IMG/VR virus record: IMGVR_UViG_3300042894_007411
Reading direction: 5' to 3' (one strand)
Source: a virus
Taxonomy: Duplodnaviria > Heunggongvirae > Uroviricota > Caudoviricetes
DNA: 64,000 nt
Of this stretch, positions 26,918 to 36,207 are shown piece after piece. The stretch's first letter is position 1; every line of letters begins with the position of its first letter. Both the position numbers and the translations under genes were made by a program. Below the pieces are notes generated by a model. The model searched no databases. It was not told the DNA's origin and worked only from the letters and a program-made list of their open reading frames with translations.

Positions 26918-27685
26918 TTATCCAATATTAGAAAAAAAATTCGTCAGTAAATTTTTTCTTTCCTCTTCTGTCATTTTTCGGGGAAGATCATAGTCTGATT
27001 TAGAATTTTCCTCAAGCCATTCATGTAAATCTTCGATAGTTTCACACAGTACATTTCCAGAAGAATCTGTCATACGCAAATCTTTTCTCGTTCCCCATCC
27101 TTTTTCGTAACACCACCAATTGAAAGTTTCTAAACCTTCTTTTCCGTAGATGCTTCCGATTAACATGGAAACAACACTTTGGAGTTCATCCTCAAAATTT
27201 CCCAAATCAATCCCATAATAACAAACTGCCCGGAATCTTTCTTGAGAGGATTTAAGTTTAAAAATAATTTCTTTAAAAACTTCGAAATTAATTTTATGTG
27301 AAAACATACTTTTTTTCATCTTTTGAATTAAAGGATGAAGATCCAAATGAGAAAATTCCTTATAAGGCAAGAAAATTTTTTCCTTGTACTTCAAACCATG
27401 TTTCACAGCATTAACACCGTGAATAACAGTTGAATGATCCCTTCCAATTAAAGTTCCAATTTTACCGAAAGAAAATATGTGACCAAATTTTTCTCTCAAA
27501 ACGAACATGAGAAGGTGACGTGCTGCAACCAGGTGTTGGGTCTTTTTTTTGTTTTTAAGTTCGTCCAGACTGAATCCAAAAACCCTATTTACCTCATTAA
27601 CGTAGTGGTCAAAAATTAAAAGCTCTAACGTTGAATGGTACATTTTAAAAAAGATATGGATTACTATGGACGAATGGCTAAACAA
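26918..27685 (-). CDS. DnaA domain-IV-like HTH DNA-binding protein
   Basis: 'VFGFSLDELKNKKKTQHLVAARHLLMFVLRE...GRDHSTVIHG' resembles DnaA C-terminal DNA-binding domain. Confidence 0.5.
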   Translation of the reverse strand: MFSHSSIVIHIFFKMYHSTLELLIFDHYVNEVNRVFGFSLDELKNKKKTQHLVAARHLLMFVLREKFGHIFSFGKIGTLIGRDHSTVIHGVNAVKHGLKYKEKIFLPYKEFSHLDLHPLIQKMKKSMFSHKINFEVFKEIIFKLKSSQERFRAVCYYGIDLGNFEDELQSVVSMLIGSIYGKEGLETFNWWCYEKGWGTRKDLRMTDSSGNVLCETIEDLHEWLEENSKSDYDLPRKMTEEERKNLLTNFFSNIG

Positions 27686-28236
27686 TCAAAACCCCAGGGT
27701 CCCAGGCCGTAAGTAACTGAGAAACCTAGGGGTTCAAGAAATGAAATTAATTTTAGATTGTTAATGTGAACTGACTCGTAATAAATTTGTTTGATGTCAA
27801 ATTTTCTCCAGTCCAAACTGTAAAGAATTTGATCGTCGATTCCTTCGGCATCTAACATTAAATAATCTAAATGATACAAATCAAATTCTTCTAAAATAGA
27901 AGAAAGAGTTCTTGCTGGAACGGAGATCTGAACCACTCTTTCTTTTTGGAGTAATCCGTGTCTTGGCTGGAAAAAATGATCTTGTGAAATAGATGATAAA
28001 GGATAATGTGGTCCATCATCCATGTGAAAAAAGAAAGAAGTTTTTCCCGTTGGTGTTGGATCTGGGACCACTGCACAGTCCAAAATAACATGAGGAATTC
28101 CAAAATAAGCCTGTGAAATAATCCCGTGGTGAATTTTCAAAGGCTCTGCTAAAACAACTAATTCGGCATTATTTTCTTTAGCCAATTTAGGTAAATGGTC
28201 TTCAGCAGTAGAAGTTCCAACTTGTAAAATTTTCAT
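27664..28236 (-). CDS. FkbM-like methyltransferase (weak)
   Basis: C-terminal 'LDYLMLDAEGIDDQIL' resembles FkbM 'LKIDVEGAE' block. Confidence 0.35.
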   Translation of the reverse strand: MKILQVGTSTAEDHLPKLAKENNAELVVLAEPLKIHHGIISQAYFGIPHVILDCAVVPDPTPTGKTSFFFHMDDGPHYPLSSISQDHFFQPRHGLLQKERVVQISVPARTLSSILEEFDLYHLDYLMLDAEGIDDQILYSLDWRKFDIKQIYYESVHINNLKLISFLEPLGFSVTYGLGPWGFDCLAIRP

Positions 28237-28266
28237 TTTGTGAAAAGGGTTATTAAATTTGGGATT

Positions 28267-28551
28267 TTATGGATTATAATCTTTAATTTCTCTTTCAACT
28301 TCCACCCAAAAATTACTTTTAGGATGGTTAGCCCAATAAGCAGTTTCGGATTCATCGTCATCTTCTCTCATGAATTGAAGTATTTCTTTCACGATTGCCA
28401 AGGCACATTCTTTGTGGTAAATGTTTGTTGGGAGAGGTTTCATTATACCATCATAGTAATCTATCGATTGGTTTGTGCTAAAAGCCACCGATTCTATCAG
28501 TTGTTTTGCTTTTTCTTTAGGAGTTATTTCAATGGGTTTGTACTTAGACAT
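28267..28551 (-). CDS. small conserved protein, paralogue of 24303-24590
   Basis: Protein and flanking nucleotide similarity to 24303-24590. Confidence 0.5.
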   Translation of the reverse strand: MSKYKPIEITPKEKAKQLIESVAFSTNQSIDYYDGIMKPLPTNIYHKECALAIVKEILQFMREDDDESETAYWANHPKSNFWVEVEREIKDYNP

Positions 28552-29064
28552 TTATTTCCAGTCAATTTTAGGACAATACTTGTAATAGGTTGCTTTAACC
28601 ATTTCAACAGTAATATTAGAACTTTTTTCTTCTTTCGGTAGATTTTTCCTCCCCCATTTTCTTTCTTTTCTTTCTTTTATTTTATCTTGGATGTATTCAA
28701 TAAACCAAGCACAACCCCAAGTCAAACCTACCGCCCATACAAAAAAACCGTAAATAATTAAATTTTCTAAAATAGATCCTTTATGTGGTGTGTGCCAAAA
28801 TAACATAATGGGACTGAGAGCTGCAATTAAAAGCAAAAGTATAAACCAAGAAATGAAACTTATCCAAATTCTATTACCAAGTGATTCGTTATACGTATCT
28901 TTATCTATAATAACATAAGGAAGGGAAAAAATAAATAGTGGGATTGCGAATACATAAGCTATTACCAATTTCCAAAAGTATGGACATAAGTTGGTTGGAA
29001 GTTCACTTGTTCTGTAAAACCAACGGAAGAGTTTTGCTGAGATTGAGTTTTTGTTGAGTTTCAT
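28552..29064 (-). CDS. polytopic membrane protein
   Basis: Four hydrophobic segments. Confidence 0.45.
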   Translation of the reverse strand: MKLNKNSISAKLFRWFYRTSELPTNLCPYFWKLVIAYVFAIPLFIFSLPYVIIDKDTYNESLGNRIWISFISWFILLLLIAALSPIMLFWHTPHKGSILENLIIYGFFVWAVGLTWGCAWFIEYIQDKIKERKERKWGRKNLPKEEKSSNITVEMVKATYYKYCPKIDWK

Positions 29065-29435
29065 ACTTTTACAAGTTTAAATTTTTCACCACCAATTACA
29101 ATTTCTTTACCTTCGCAAGATTTGGGTCGGTTGTCTTTGATTATACCTTTTGAATTCTCAAAGTAGATTAGATTACCTTGAGAATCCCATTCCTGCTTTA
29201 ACCAATACCCAGTTGAATCCTCAAAGTAGATTCTATTACCTTGAGAATCCCATTCCTTCTTTGCCCAATATTTCTTTGAATTCTCATAGTAGATTTCATT
29301 ACCTTGAGAATCGTATTCACTCTTTACCCAACGTTTATTTGAATTCTCAAAGTAGATTTTTTTGCCATTCGTGTCTAGGATTACCAATGTACCATTGGTC
29401 TTGAAATCCCATTTAATTTGTTGTGCGATTGTCAT
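29061..29435 (-). CDS. MORN-variant-like repeat protein, array A member
   Basis: 'MTIAQQIKWDFKTNG' start; repeats 'EYDSQGNxIYYENSxGYWxK'; end 'KFKLVKV'; ATGA overlap. Confidence 0.6.
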   Translation of the reverse strand: MTIAQQIKWDFKTNGTLVILDTNGKKIYFENSNKRWVKSEYDSQGNEIYYENSKKYWAKKEWDSQGNRIYFEDSTGYWLKQEWDSQGNLIYFENSKGIIKDNRPKSCEGKEIVIGGEKFKLVKV

Positions 29436-29743
29436 ACTTTTACAAGTTTAAATTTTTCACCATCGATTTCTACTACTTTATTTTCGCAAGATTTAGGTCG
29501 GTTGTCTATGATTTTACCATTTGAATTCTCATAGTAGATTCTATTACCTTGAGAATCCCATTCTCGTTTTGACCAATATCCATCTGAATCATGATAGTAG
29601 GTTTGGTTACCTTGAGAATCGTATTCACACTTTCCCCAATATCCATCTGAATTCTCATAGTAGATTCTATTACCATTCTTGTCTTTAATTTCCAAGTAAC
29701 CGTTGGTCTCAAAGTCCCAGTTGATTTGTTGTCCTATTGTCAT
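29432..29743 (-). CDS. MORN-variant-like repeat protein, array A member
   Basis: Same family. Confidence 0.6.
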   Translation of the reverse strand: MTIGQQINWDFETNGYLEIKDKNGNRIYYENSDGYWGKCEYDSQGNQTYYHDSDGYWSKREWDSQGNRIYYENSNGKIIDNRPKSCENKVVEIDGEKFKLVKV

Positions 29744-29988
29744 ACTTTTACAAGTTTAAATTTTTCACCATCGATTTCTACTACTTTGTTTTCACAAGAC
29801 TTGGGTCGGTTGTCTCTGATTACGCCATATGAATTCTCATAGTAGATTTCTTTTCCTTGGGAATCCCACTCCTTCTTTGACCAATGTCCATTTGAATTCT
29901 CCCAGTAGATTTCTTTACCATTCTTGTCTTTAATTTCCAAGTTACCGTTGGCCTTGAAATCCCATTTGATTTGTTGTGCGATTGTCAT
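29740..29988 (-). CDS. MORN-variant-like repeat protein, array A member (short)
   Basis: Same family. Confidence 0.6.
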   Translation of the reverse strand: MTIAQQIKWDFKANGNLEIKDKNGKEIYWENSNGHWSKKEWDSQGKEIYYENSYGVIRDNRPKSCENKVVEIDGEKFKLVKV

Positions 29989-30296
29989 ACTTTTACAAGT
30001 TTAAATTTTTCACCATCAATTACGATTTCTTTATTTTCACAAGGCTTGGGTCGGTTGTCTTTGATTACACCACGTGAATTCTCAAGGTAGATTTCATTCC
30101 CTTCAGAATCCCATTCCTCCTTTACCCAATCTCCCTTTGAATCCCCAGAGTAGATACAATAGCCATTAGAATCGTATTCTTGTTTTGTCCAATACCCATA
30201 TGAAGCCTCTCGGTAGATTTCTTTACCATTCTTGTCTTTGATTACCAAGGAACCATTGGTTTCAAAGTCCCATTTGATTTGTTGTGCTATTGTCAT
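29985..30296 (-). CDS. MORN-variant-like repeat protein, array A member
   Basis: Same family. Confidence 0.6.
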   Translation of the reverse strand: MTIAQQIKWDFETNGSLVIKDKNGKEIYREASYGYWTKQEYDSNGYCIYSGDSKGDWVKEEWDSEGNEIYLENSRGVIKDNRPKPCENKEIVIDGEKFKLVKV

Positions 30297-30688
30297 ACTT
30301 TTACAAGTTTAAATTTTTCACCACCAATTACAATTTCTTTGTTTTCACAGGATTTGGGTCGGTAGTCTACGATTGCACCATCTGAATCCTCGTGGTAGAT
30401 TATATTACCTTTAGAATCGTATTCCCACTTTCTCCAATCTCCCTTTGAATTCTCCCAGTAGATTAATTTACCTTGAGAATCGTATTCACACTTTACCCAA
30501 AATCCATCTGAATTCTCATAGTAGATTAGATTGCCTTGAGAATCCATTTCATACTTTCTCCAAGTCCCATGTGAATCCTCAAAGTAGATTAGGTTGTCAT
30601 TCTTGTCTCGGATTATCAAGTCACCATTGGTCTTGAAATCCCATTTGATTTGTCGTGCTATTGTTTCCATAATTTTTTTAATCTTCAA
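30293..30688 (-). CDS. MORN-variant-like repeat protein, array A member (long)
   Basis: Same family; N-terminal 8-aa extension. Confidence 0.6.
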   Translation of the reverse strand: MKIKKIMETIARQIKWDFKTNGDLIIRDKNDNLIYFEDSHGTWRKYEMDSQGNLIYYENSDGFWVKCEYDSQGKLIYWENSKGDWRKWEYDSKGNIIYHEDSDGAIVDYRPKSCENKEIVIGGEKFKLVKV

Positions 30689-31214
30689 ACAGATTTTCTA
30701 AATATCGACACATTTCCCCGAGTTGATGAGCTTGTCCTTCAACAAATCCAAGACTAGTTAAGAAATGGTCATTTTCTTTTTTATACATGTCAAACATACG
30801 GCTACCAGTCATTTTAGAGTATTGAACATTAGCTATTCTATCACAAAGTTTAACAAACACAGCTTCTTTGAAGTTACGAATTCCCTCGTAGTATTTGTCA
30901 TTTGCACGTTCCTTACGGTTCTTACCCTTTTCATTGGTACATGCATATATGATATCCGCTGTAAATAGTCCAAGATTTTCCTTTACATCATTATAAGAAA
31001 CTCTTGTGTCTTCGATTAAATCGTGACCGTATGCGGCTAGTAGAACCATATCTCTCCATGCTGTTTCTCCATCATTTAAATTGGGGATTAATTCTATGAA
31101 CTTCTCTGCCACCTTAGCAACCATTCGCAGATGGAACTCATAAGGCAAATATGCGTCGTACATATGGTTTGTAGATTCGTGTTGCTTAAGAATCCATTTG
31201 ATTTTTTCATTCAT
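30678..31214 (-). CDS. HD-domain phosphohydrolase
   Basis: H...'AAYGHDLIEDT'...'CDRIAN' = H/HD/D metal-binding pattern. Confidence 0.6.
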   Translation of the reverse strand: MNEKIKWILKQHESTNHMYDAYLPYEFHLRMVAKVAEKFIELIPNLNDGETAWRDMVLLAAYGHDLIEDTRVSYNDVKENLGLFTADIIYACTNEKGKNRKERANDKYYEGIRNFKEAVFVKLCDRIANVQYSKMTGSRMFDMYKKENDHFLTSLGFVEGQAHQLGEMCRYLENLFED

Positions 31215-31267
31215 ATATTCGATTTCTTTTGTGAAATTAAAATTAAGGTAGGACGTTATTATTATTG

Positions 31268-32710
31268 TTAACCCTCTGATTTTTTGCTACTAGCCAAACC
31301 GTTCAACATTGATAAAATGTTTTTACCCTCCTCAGTTTGTTTTAGTCCTTCGAGTAAACCGTTAATTTGTGAAGCTCCTTTGGACGTGAAAAGGTCTGAA
31401 AGCTTTCCAATGCCGGATTGTACGTCTCCACTGTTAATGAGAAGCTTGAGATCAGCTGCGGATAAGGCTTTTGCCATAGATTCGTACTGTGCAACCCCGA
31501 CCACTTGGCTCACCTCCACCTCTTTTACCCGAATCAAGTACTCTTGATAAGGTTTGTTTTCCCCGATCTCTTTGGCCAAAGTGGTCTGTGCAGAAACGCT
31601 GGCCAATTCCATCGCCTTTCTTGATTCAGCCTCTGATATACCTTTGGCCTTAATAACATCTGCCTCTGCAGAACCAACAGTTTTGGTAGCCTCTGCCTCT
31701 TTACGTTTTGCTTCCAGTGCAGCTGATGCTTCTGTTTCAATACGGTATTTTTCGGCCATAGCACGAATTTCTGTCTTCTGTTTTTCTTGTTCTGCAGTGA
31801 TGATCTCACGTTCTCTGTCGATCTCGGCTTGCTTGACTTGATTTACCTTTATAACTTCCATCTCTTGCTCGGCAGTCATTCTTTGTGATTTTGCGATCTC
31901 CGAGATAGATTCTTGTTCTGCAATTCCTGTGCGTTTCTTTGACTCTGCTTTGGCTATTCCGATGGCCTGTTGAGATTGAGCCTGTGCCTCCCCTGCGATC
32001 TTTTCTGTTTCTGCAGTGGTGACGTCAATTTCTTTTCTGGCCTCTAGCTCTGCTTGTTTTGCCATCTTGTTGTTTTTCGCAACTTCAGTTCTTGATTCCA
32101 TGTCTATGGCTGACATTCTTTTTGCCATGATTTGGTGGATGACCTGGGATCCGTCTGCGTCTCTTACGTCCATCAATTCAATGCTTTTGATAGCTTCTAC
32201 CCCCCAGTTTTGCAAATCATTGTTGACCGCCTCTGTGAACTGCTTACCGAAAATGGATCTTTCCTCCATGATTTCTTCCAATTTTGATTTGGCCAAAATC
32301 GAACGGACTGCTCCTTGAACTACATTTTCTAACTGTCCTTTAAGTTCTTCAAATGATTCAACCTTTTGTGCTGCAACGTTTGTGTCAGATATATGAAAGA
32401 AAGCCTTTACGTCAACCACGAAAGGAACACGATCTTTATCATAGGCCTCATATCGTTTTAAATCGATGTCGAAGTTGCTAACTGGCAAAACACGTTTTGA
32501 TACACCGAAGAAAGGAAGCCAACTTGGCCATTCATAGTATACGTTGGATTGTTTATTGGTTCCATATGAGACCGTCTGTTTTCCACGTTGAACAATGTGT
32601 ACCACGTTGGTCGGCACGATTCGGCGAAGTGAAACAACGTAAATCAGAATGGAAATCCCGATGATGGTTGGTAACGATAGAGCTACCATGGAGAGAATTG
32701 ATAGAAACAT
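31268..32710 (-). CDS. flotillin-like SPFH/band-7 protein
   Basis: N-terminal TM, SPFH core, long Glu/Ala-rich heptad region typical of flotillin. Confidence 0.75.
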   Translation of the reverse strand: MFLSILSMVALSLPTIIGISILIYVVSLRRIVPTNVVHIVQRGKQTVSYGTNKQSNVYYEWPSWLPFFGVSKRVLPVSNFDIDLKRYEAYDKDRVPFVVDVKAFFHISDTNVAAQKVESFEELKGQLENVVQGAVRSILAKSKLEEIMEERSIFGKQFTEAVNNDLQNWGVEAIKSIELMDVRDADGSQVIHQIMAKRMSAIDMESRTEVAKNNKMAKQAELEARKEIDVTTAETEKIAGEAQAQSQQAIGIAKAESKKRTGIAEQESISEIAKSQRMTAEQEMEVIKVNQVKQAEIDREREIITAEQEKQKTEIRAMAEKYRIETEASAALEAKRKEAEATKTVGSAEADVIKAKGISEAESRKAMELASVSAQTTLAKEIGENKPYQEYLIRVKEVEVSQVVGVAQYESMAKALSAADLKLLINSGDVQSGIGKLSDLFTSKGASQINGLLEGLKQTEEGKNILSMLNGLASSKKSEG

Positions 32711-32765
32711 TTTTTTTGGGTTTAAATTGGTTTATGAAATTGGTTTTTGGATTTTAAAATTTAAA

Positions 32766-33413
32766 TTAAGAAAGAGAATTTGGAAGGTATAACAGAGTTG
32801 GATTCTTCTTTTGAATGTCGATATCTGGATACTTTTTTTTAAATTCCATCACATCAAACTTTTTTGTTATTAAATGATGGCCGTTTTTCGTTGGAATAAT
32901 TGCTTCTATCTTCGGACCCACTTTATGACCGATAGGAAATCCAGCTTCATCAAAGTCAACTTTGGTAATGGGTTGACAGGAATACTCCAGATGTGCCATC
33001 ATAAGGGGGGATGGTGTTTGTGATCCATCTACATCCACAATCCATCTTTTCTCATGAGTTTGCATTTGACCAACAACAGAATCAAAAAGATTTTTTTGGT
33101 TTGGTTGACCATTTCGAATTCTTTCAGCCAAGGAAACCATCATGTTTAAAGAAACATCTTTGTGATTTTGTTTCTGAACATGAATATAAGCTCTTGCTTT
33201 GAACATCTCGCACAATTGTTTTATCTCTTCATATCTTTGGTCGAGATGGTCAACACTTTCTATACAGTAGGTCTTGATTGTTCTGACCGACTGGTGGTTG
33301 TCTTTTTCACCCTCTGGTTGGTCTTTCTTCCTTTTGAAAACATACAACATGTAGAAATCTCCAGATTTCTCAAAATTAAGAAGAGGTTTGATTAGAGGAA
33401 GATTGTCTATCAT
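32766..33413 (-). CDS. hypothetical protein (start revised to 'MIDNLPL'; track ORF start at 33554 rejected)
   Basis: Track ORF N-terminal 47 aa overlie a terminator hairpin and a tRNA-like fragment. Confidence 0.45.
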   Translation of the reverse strand: MIDNLPLIKPLLNFEKSGDFYMLYVFKRKKDQPEGEKDNHQSVRTIKTYCIESVDHLDQRYEEIKQLCEMFKARAYIHVQKQNHKDVSLNMMVSLAERIRNGQPNQKNLFDSVVGQMQTHEKRWIVDVDGSQTPSPLMMAHLEYSCQPITKVDFDEAGFPIGHKVGPKIEAIIPTKNGHHLITKKFDVMEFKKKYPDIDIQKKNPTLLYLPNSLS

Positions 33414-33450
33414 TTGCTGTAAGTTGTAGCAAATATACGAAAAAGGATTC

Positions 33451-33490
33451 GATAAAAAACAAAAACCCAAATTTTTTTTGGGTTTTTTGT
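33451..33490 (-). terminator. rho-independent terminator (minus strand)
   Basis: Perfect stem 'aaaaacccaaa/tttgggttttt' followed by T-run on minus strand. Confidence 0.6.
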
Positions 33491-33498
33491 TATCTTTG

Positions 33499-33531
33499 CC
33501 AGAAGGGCGGGGTTCGAACCCGCGGCTCGCC
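33499..33531. other. tRNA-like 3' fragment (T-arm + acceptor 3' strand); not a complete tRNA
   Basis: 'gcggg-ttcgaac-cccgc' T stem-loop (minus-strand reading) followed by 7 nt + discriminator; no matching 5' acceptor strand, D-arm or anticodon arm. Confidence 0.5.
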
Positions 33532-33624
33532 ATTACCTCGACCTTAGCGTGCATTCGATCTCGACTTTGCTTGCGCTTTCAGTGGGTTTCCTTGTAGCAC
33601 GTTGTTACCCACACCTCCTGTTTT

Positions 33625-33852
33625 TTAGTCGTCGTTTCTTTCTCTGATTGAACCTGATGTTGAATCCGGAGGGATTGCACCCCAAATTTTTGCAAAATTT
33701 TTGTCTTCTATTACACGGGCAATGAAGTCAGATTTTGAAAGCGGATCATTGGTTGTCATCATCCAGGCGTTGTAATATTTCTGGTAAACAAGATCAATGT
33801 TAGATTTTTCTTCTCCGAAAGAAATTTGTTGTTTTTGTGAATTTGAAATCAT
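33625..33852 (-). CDS. hypothetical protein
   Basis: 75-aa ORF immediately upstream of terminator. Confidence 0.4.
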   Translation of the reverse strand: MISNSQKQQISFGEEKSNIDLVYQKYYNAWMMTTNDPLSKSDFIARVIEDKNFAKIWGAIPPDSTSGSIRERNDD

Positions 33853-33865
33853 AAGAATTTTTTAT

Positions 33866-34603
33866 TTAAGAAATTTCTCCTACAGATAGTTTTCCTTTAA
33901 CATCAATAAGAAATTTACCAATTTCTAAAGCATCTGCCAAATAATATTTTCCACCCATATACTTTCTCATGTGACCAAGATTTAAATCCTTAACTTGGGT
34001 GTGACCCACAATTTGAATAAAATTCTTTTTGATCCAATAATTTGAATCTGACCTCCTCTTTTTATTCGAAGCTAGTAGAGCGGGTATACGAATCCAAACA
34101 GGAGATTGTGTTACATCATTACCGTAAGAATTCCAACCAGAGAAACAAAAAGCTTTAGGTCGGAATACGAACATTTCGTTTATCTTTTCAACCAGATTCC
34201 AACAATCCCAGCCATTTATTCCAAATGTATTTTCCATCCAAATGTGGCTGACCCCTGCGTGTGTACAAAGATATCTATCGAAAGAGAATGACATTTGGAA
34301 TTGAGGTAAGTTTTCGGACAGAACTGTGGAAATATCGAATTGTAAACCCGGTTGAAACCCTGAGTATGTTTCACCAACGTGCATATAGTGAAGGTCGTGA
34401 TTACCTACGAGTAAAACTACTTCCTTGTCACTTGACTTTTTAAATTCAACTATTTCCTTGAAGTTGTGTAATTGGTCTATGCCAGGAATATCAAAAGAAT
34501 CAAAGTAATCCCCTAAGAATACAATTCTATCTGGATCCTCCTGCTGAATAATTTTTTTCCAGATGGATCTTCCGTGAATATCACCTATAAAAACTGTTTT
34601 CAT
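33866..34603 (-). CDS. calcineurin-like metallophosphoesterase (lambda-phosphatase/ApaH-like)
   Basis: 'GDIHG', 'GDYFD', 'GNHD', 'GHT' blocks. Confidence 0.7.
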   Translation of the reverse strand: MKTVFIGDIHGRSIWKKIIQQEDPDRIVFLGDYFDSFDIPGIDQLHNFKEIVEFKKSSDKEVVLLVGNHDLHYMHVGETYSGFQPGLQFDISTVLSENLPQFQMSFSFDRYLCTHAGVSHIWMENTFGINGWDCWNLVEKINEMFVFRPKAFCFSGWNSYGNDVTQSPVWIRIPALLASNKKRRSDSNYWIKKNFIQIVGHTQVKDLNLGHMRKYMGGKYYLADALEIGKFLIDVKGKLSVGEIS

Positions 34604-34644
34604 TTAATTGTAAATGTGAATAATTATGGTTCTGTTATTTCTCA

Positions 34645-35103
34645 TTATGATTCTATTAGTTGTGCAACGATGTTCTTAACAGTTCCAATATCTGCTCTTC
34701 CTTGGAATCTTTTATTGAACTCACCGATAGTTTTTCCTTGAAGAGCTTGCGGATTTTTGATTGTATCGCTGAATCCTTTCATGATCTCGATAAGAGAATC
34801 TGCGATTTCTTGGTCTGACATTTGAGCAGGCATGTACCTTCTTAAGACACACGCTTCATCACATTCTTTGCGGGCAAGTTCATCTCGTCCAGCATCCTCA
34901 AAGATCTTTTGAGATTCTTCTCTCTGCTTGATGGCTTTCACCAAAACTTTAACGACTTCTTCATCTTTTAAGTTTTGCGAAAACCCCGCTTTCTCGGCCT
35001 CGGTGATTTTTGCTTTTAAGCTGCTTAAAGCAGACTTCGCATTTTCATCTTTGGCTTTCATAGCCACCACGAAATCTTTTTGAATTTGTTCTTTGAGTGT
35101 CAT
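34645..35103 (-). CDS. GatB/YqeY-domain protein
   Basis: Full-length similarity to the YqeY pattern ('LKEQIQKDFVVAMKAKDE...'). Confidence 0.7.
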   Translation of the reverse strand: MTLKEQIQKDFVVAMKAKDENAKSALSSLKAKITEAEKAGFSQNLKDEEVVKVLVKAIKQREESQKIFEDAGRDELARKECDEACVLRRYMPAQMSDQEIADSLIEIMKGFSDTIKNPQALQGKTIGEFNKRFQGRADIGTVKNIVAQLIES

Positions 35104-35104
35104 A

Positions 35105-36205
35105 CTATTTTTCGTTTTTAAGAAGGAACTTGTTGCTAATTGCCTTGAAAGAAATGGTAGTGTCCATACTACGAATGACCACTCCTTCCCGTTCAGTATT
35201 GGGATTTAGAACTGATTTTCCTTCTGCTTGTTGTAGAAGTTCTTCGATGGTGTCTGGTAGAAGAAACTCAATCCCGAGAATTGGCACGGTTTCGAATCCC
35301 AATAACTTCATTATGTTGATAAAATCTCGAAGGTTTAGTCTTTCCTGCTTATCAATGTCAAAAGCATTGTAGAAACGAACGGTATGACCTTTGAGCTTGT
35401 AAGGATTCTTTTGAATTCCTTCTCCGATCAATTCTCCTTGGATGCAAATGTTAAGACCGGTTGCTAGTAACTTTTTCTTAATGTCCATTTCACGAGCTAC
35501 TTTCCAGAAAGTGTTTTCCTGCTTCGGTCTTTCCAAGCCATCTTCACACATTACAGTGCCAGGTACAAAATCTCCGGGGTCAGCAAGTTCCAGGTTGCGA
35601 GAGCAGACCCCAAATTCACCGTCCTTGATGTAGAATGTAGCAGAACTCCCATCCAACTTTTCAGTTGCATAGAACTGGTGTTTGCTGGAGAACTTCCATT
35701 CCTCGTATTCCTTGGTTAGATTCTGCACCCTCTCTTCATCGGTCTTACGGATAAAAGATGGGAAGTAGCCTTTGACCTTGCCGGCCAGCTCGGCAGGAAC
35801 TGGCGGCTCGTACTTGACAATGTTCAACATTTCTGTAACATCTAGTCCTTCGAACCAGCCCATATCCAGGTTAGGAGTGCTACGTTTGTAGATCGCATAG
35901 GAATCTGCCAATGGTAGGATGAGACCTTGTGATACTTGCCCGCGAAGTTTGATCGTCTTCAATCGAAATCCTTCAGATCCGTCAGACATTTTTTTATACG
36001 AGCTCTTCCGAAGAAACTCAAACTCTGGCTCAATTGGCAAGTAAGAGTCGATCTCGCAATAGACTACAAGATCTCCCTCTTTGTGGCCTACGTTTTTGCC
36101 AACCACCACTTGCCAGGAATTGATGATTGCCAGTTCAATGGAGTCTGCTCCTTCGATTGGTCGAATCTCACGGATTCTTTGTATGCTTGCTAATTTTCTT
36201 TCCAT
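35105..36205 (-). CDS. ATP-dependent RNA ligase, Rnl5 (DraRnl/NgrRnl)-like: N-terminal OB-like domain + C-terminal nucleotidyltransferase
   Basis: Motif I 'EKLDGSS' (no Arg after DG), motif IV 'EGVVIR', motif V 'KAISNKFLLK'. Confidence 0.6.
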   Translation of the reverse strand: MERKLASIQRIREIRPIEGADSIELAIINSWQVVVGKNVGHKEGDLVVYCEIDSYLPIEPEFEFLRKSSYKKMSDGSEGFRLKTIKLRGQVSQGLILPLADSYAIYKRSTPNLDMGWFEGLDVTEMLNIVKYEPPVPAELAGKVKGYFPSFIRKTDEERVQNLTKEYEEWKFSSKHQFYATEKLDGSSATFYIKDGEFGVCSRNLELADPGDFVPGTVMCEDGLERPKQENTFWKVAREMDIKKKLLATGLNICIQGELIGEGIQKNPYKLKGHTVRFYNAFDIDKQERLNLRDFINIMKLLGFETVPILGIEFLLPDTIEELLQQAEGKSVLNPNTEREGVVIRSMDTTISFKAISNKFLLKNEK

Positions 36206-36207
36206 GG

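Noticed and set aside
29150-29404. Plus-strand ORFs inside the repeat arrays, also at 30445-30636, 40634-40822, 40975-41166 and 41836-42027, encoding 'NSxSRLxYLENPIHxLP' repeats
   Set aside because: They are antisense to the minus-strand repeat genes. Those genes have conserved starts and ends and ATGA-coupled junctions. The open antisense frame is a by-product of the periodic codon structure.
31284-32318. Three plus-strand ORFs (31284-31547, 31554-31841, 32016-32318) inside the flotillin gene
   Set aside because: They are antisense to a well-supported SPFH/flotillin CDS. The Glu/Ala-rich repeat keeps the antisense frame open.
33499-33531. Complete tRNA gene
   Set aside because: Only the T-arm and an acceptor 3' strand are present. 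No complementary 5' acceptor strand ('cagaagg' or 'gcgagcc'), D-arm or anticodon arm occurs within 80 nt on either strand.
33414-33554. N-terminal 47 aa of track ORF 32766-33554 ('MHAKVEVMASRGFEPRP...')
   Set aside because: It is translated across a terminator hairpin and the tRNA-like fragment. A clean Met ('MIDNLPL') lies just downstream of those elements.
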